A stretch of DNA of 62,832 nucleotides, counting the filler, from Hausera hauseri (taxonomy: Eukaryota), in NCBI GenBank assembly GCA_046269625.1. It is 10 parts of 10 records of this genome, joined end to end, with 100 filler letters (N's around TTAATTAATTAA, not from the genome) between each part and the next. Parts side by side here need not be neighbours in the genome. Positions count along the whole stretch, not along the records: positions 58,166 to 62,832 come from JBJURY010483576.1; 9 more parts are not named here. The stretch is one strand, 5' to 3'. The translations under genes were made by a program, and so were the position numbers. Every line of letters starts with the position of its first letter. The stretch's first letter is position 1. Under the pieces are notes generated by a model, which did not search any database, was not told the origin of the DNA, and worked only from the letters and a program-made list of their open reading frames with translations. Positions 61,155 through 62,832 of the stretch are shown here, one piece after another.

Positions 61155-61779
61155 TAGTACAAAAATGGGCCAATTTAAAAATGGAAATATTAATAAACTT
61201 GTTGATTCGGTAAAACAAATTGTCTTTGATAATCAAATTTGATTTTAATAAATTGGGCGAAGCCGGGTTTTGGCTTGATTGTATAATTTTATATCGAATA
61301 TAATATGTGTTGTTATTATAGACTTTATCATTATTCATTGCGGTGTAATTATAATGTTTAGCTACAAAAAGTTTGTATTATTATTTTATATTCTTTGTTT
61401 AACTTTATGAGAAGGTTATGTGATTATTGGTTGAAAAACACTCATTTTAGACAATATTTGTCTCAGCGTAGTTTGTGAAGAAATTAAACAGAATGAAATT
61501 TACTAAAATAATTTATCCAATTACGATGATTTACAATAGTGACACAAACTGTGCAAGCGGCTATGTTTTCACTGCTTTTTATTACAATAATCAACAGCAT
61601 GAATTCACTTATGCATTTATTACATCATGTTGCATTTCAATTCAATTAATGTGACGTATACTATCACTTCTGACGAAAATAGCTGATATCTAGTACCACC
61701 AAAAATTTTTTAAGTTAATGAACGACTAGTGTTTATTAATACTAACATTTATTGCTCTTTTCTATAATCAATTCGATCG

Positions 61780-62470
61780 ACCTGTTCATTGTTAATATCG
61801 TGTGGGATATCCCTTATACTTTCTAACTTCAGCACATATAGGCATACTATCAACTAAGCACTGTAAATGAGCCACTGTTGTGCTTTGAAATCACGAGTTG
61901 GTGACCACTGCAATCAGTTCACGCTTGTTCAATGGCCGCTTTGATGCTACCGCTCGCTTTAGCCTTGCCCATAAGTTTCCTGTCCGGTTGAGATCCGGCC
62001 TGTTGTCTGGCCAATTAATCAATACAATCCTGTTTTGTTTAAACCAAGTTAAACATTCCTTGGCGGTGTAACACGGAGCACCATCTTGCTGGGAAATGAA
62101 CGGAACCCATTACCGAATATTTTTCGAGATGACGGCATAAGTTTTAGTTGGGAAACCTCGTTAGAGTTAATAGTTCCTTTATGAACCTTCAGTCGTACAA
62201 CGGAATCCCTTACTATGCAGCCCCACACCATTATGCTCAGTGGGTGCTTCATTGTTGTGGTTGTGCATTCTGGAAAGCAGTCTATACCCGGTCGTCGAAT
62301 AACATAGTACATACCATCGCTGCCGAAAATCGAAATTTGCATCTCGTCTCTCTACGGAACTTTCTTCCATTGCTCGCCTGTCTGGTTGATGTGCTTCTTG
62401 ACCCACTGCGGACGTTTAAGACGTTTCTTCACGTTGAGAAACAGTTTCTTGTGAGGTATGTTTTCTATAT
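61780..62470 (-). mobile_element. Degenerate Tc1/mariner (Tc1-like) transposase
   Basis: QWKKV..DE..I, KHPLSIMVWGC, QQDGAPCYTA, WPDNRPDLN..NLW..LK; stops and frameshifts. Confidence 0.88.
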
Positions 62471-62614
62471 TGCCAATTTTCTCGCTGGTAGTTTTCCATA
62501 TTATTGCATAATCATTTATTTTGGGATATGGATGTTGACCTAAAGTAATTCAGTATGCATAAAATCTACTGTACTGACCAGTGATCATTTCAATGAACGT
62601 GACACACATTGACC

Positions 62615-62800
62615 ACATAATCTGCCATACTAGCATATGGTTCACCACTGAAAATTTCTGGTGCCATCCATTTACATGTTCCACAGTCTGTATTTGCAAC
62701 TTTATCAGCTAATAGGATACTGCCTACTAACGCAACGTATTTGGAAAGGCCAAAATCTGTCAATTTGACGTTATTATCGTCATCCAGTAACACATTTGCC
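62615..62800 (-). CDS. Protein kinase exon (subdomains VIb-IX), MAP3K/STE11-like
   Basis: After an AG acceptor: GANVLLD..NNVKLTDFGLSK..CGTCKWMAPEIFSGEPY..AD. Confidence 0.75.
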
Positions 62801-62832
62801 CCTACAGGTACATAAGAGAATTCATGGTCGAT

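Overview
This is not one locus. It is 10 eukaryotic contigs joined by an artificial 100-nt spacer (44 N + TTAATTAATTAA + 44 N), so adjacency across spacers means nothing. Most contigs look like a compact, AT-rich invertebrate genome (36-41 nt introns, divergent MAP1 and midasin genes) rich in degenerate Ty3/gypsy LTR elements. One contig looks like teleost fish DNA (L1, hAT, Penelope), two are satellite arrays (15-bp and ~69-bp units), and one contig end carries a bacterial-type kinase fragment. Main finding: three diverged, overlapping copies (5340-8218, 43082-47594, 52159-56530) tile into one unusual Ty3/gypsy element. Its order is LTR - PBS(tRNA-Arg) - gag/zinc knuckle - ~1,200-aa unknown helical region with a ubiquitin-like domain and AT-hook - chuvirus/gB-type envelope glycoprotein - protease - RT. 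The env gene thus lies between gag and pol, apparently within one polyprotein. Second theme: intronless host-gene fragments (beta-catenin, CERT, RhoGAP, an importin-5::NBAS in-frame chimera) sit co-oriented with PBS/PPT/short-LTR signals, suggesting LTR-mediated gene capture. All homology calls come from motif recognition by eye; no database searches were run.
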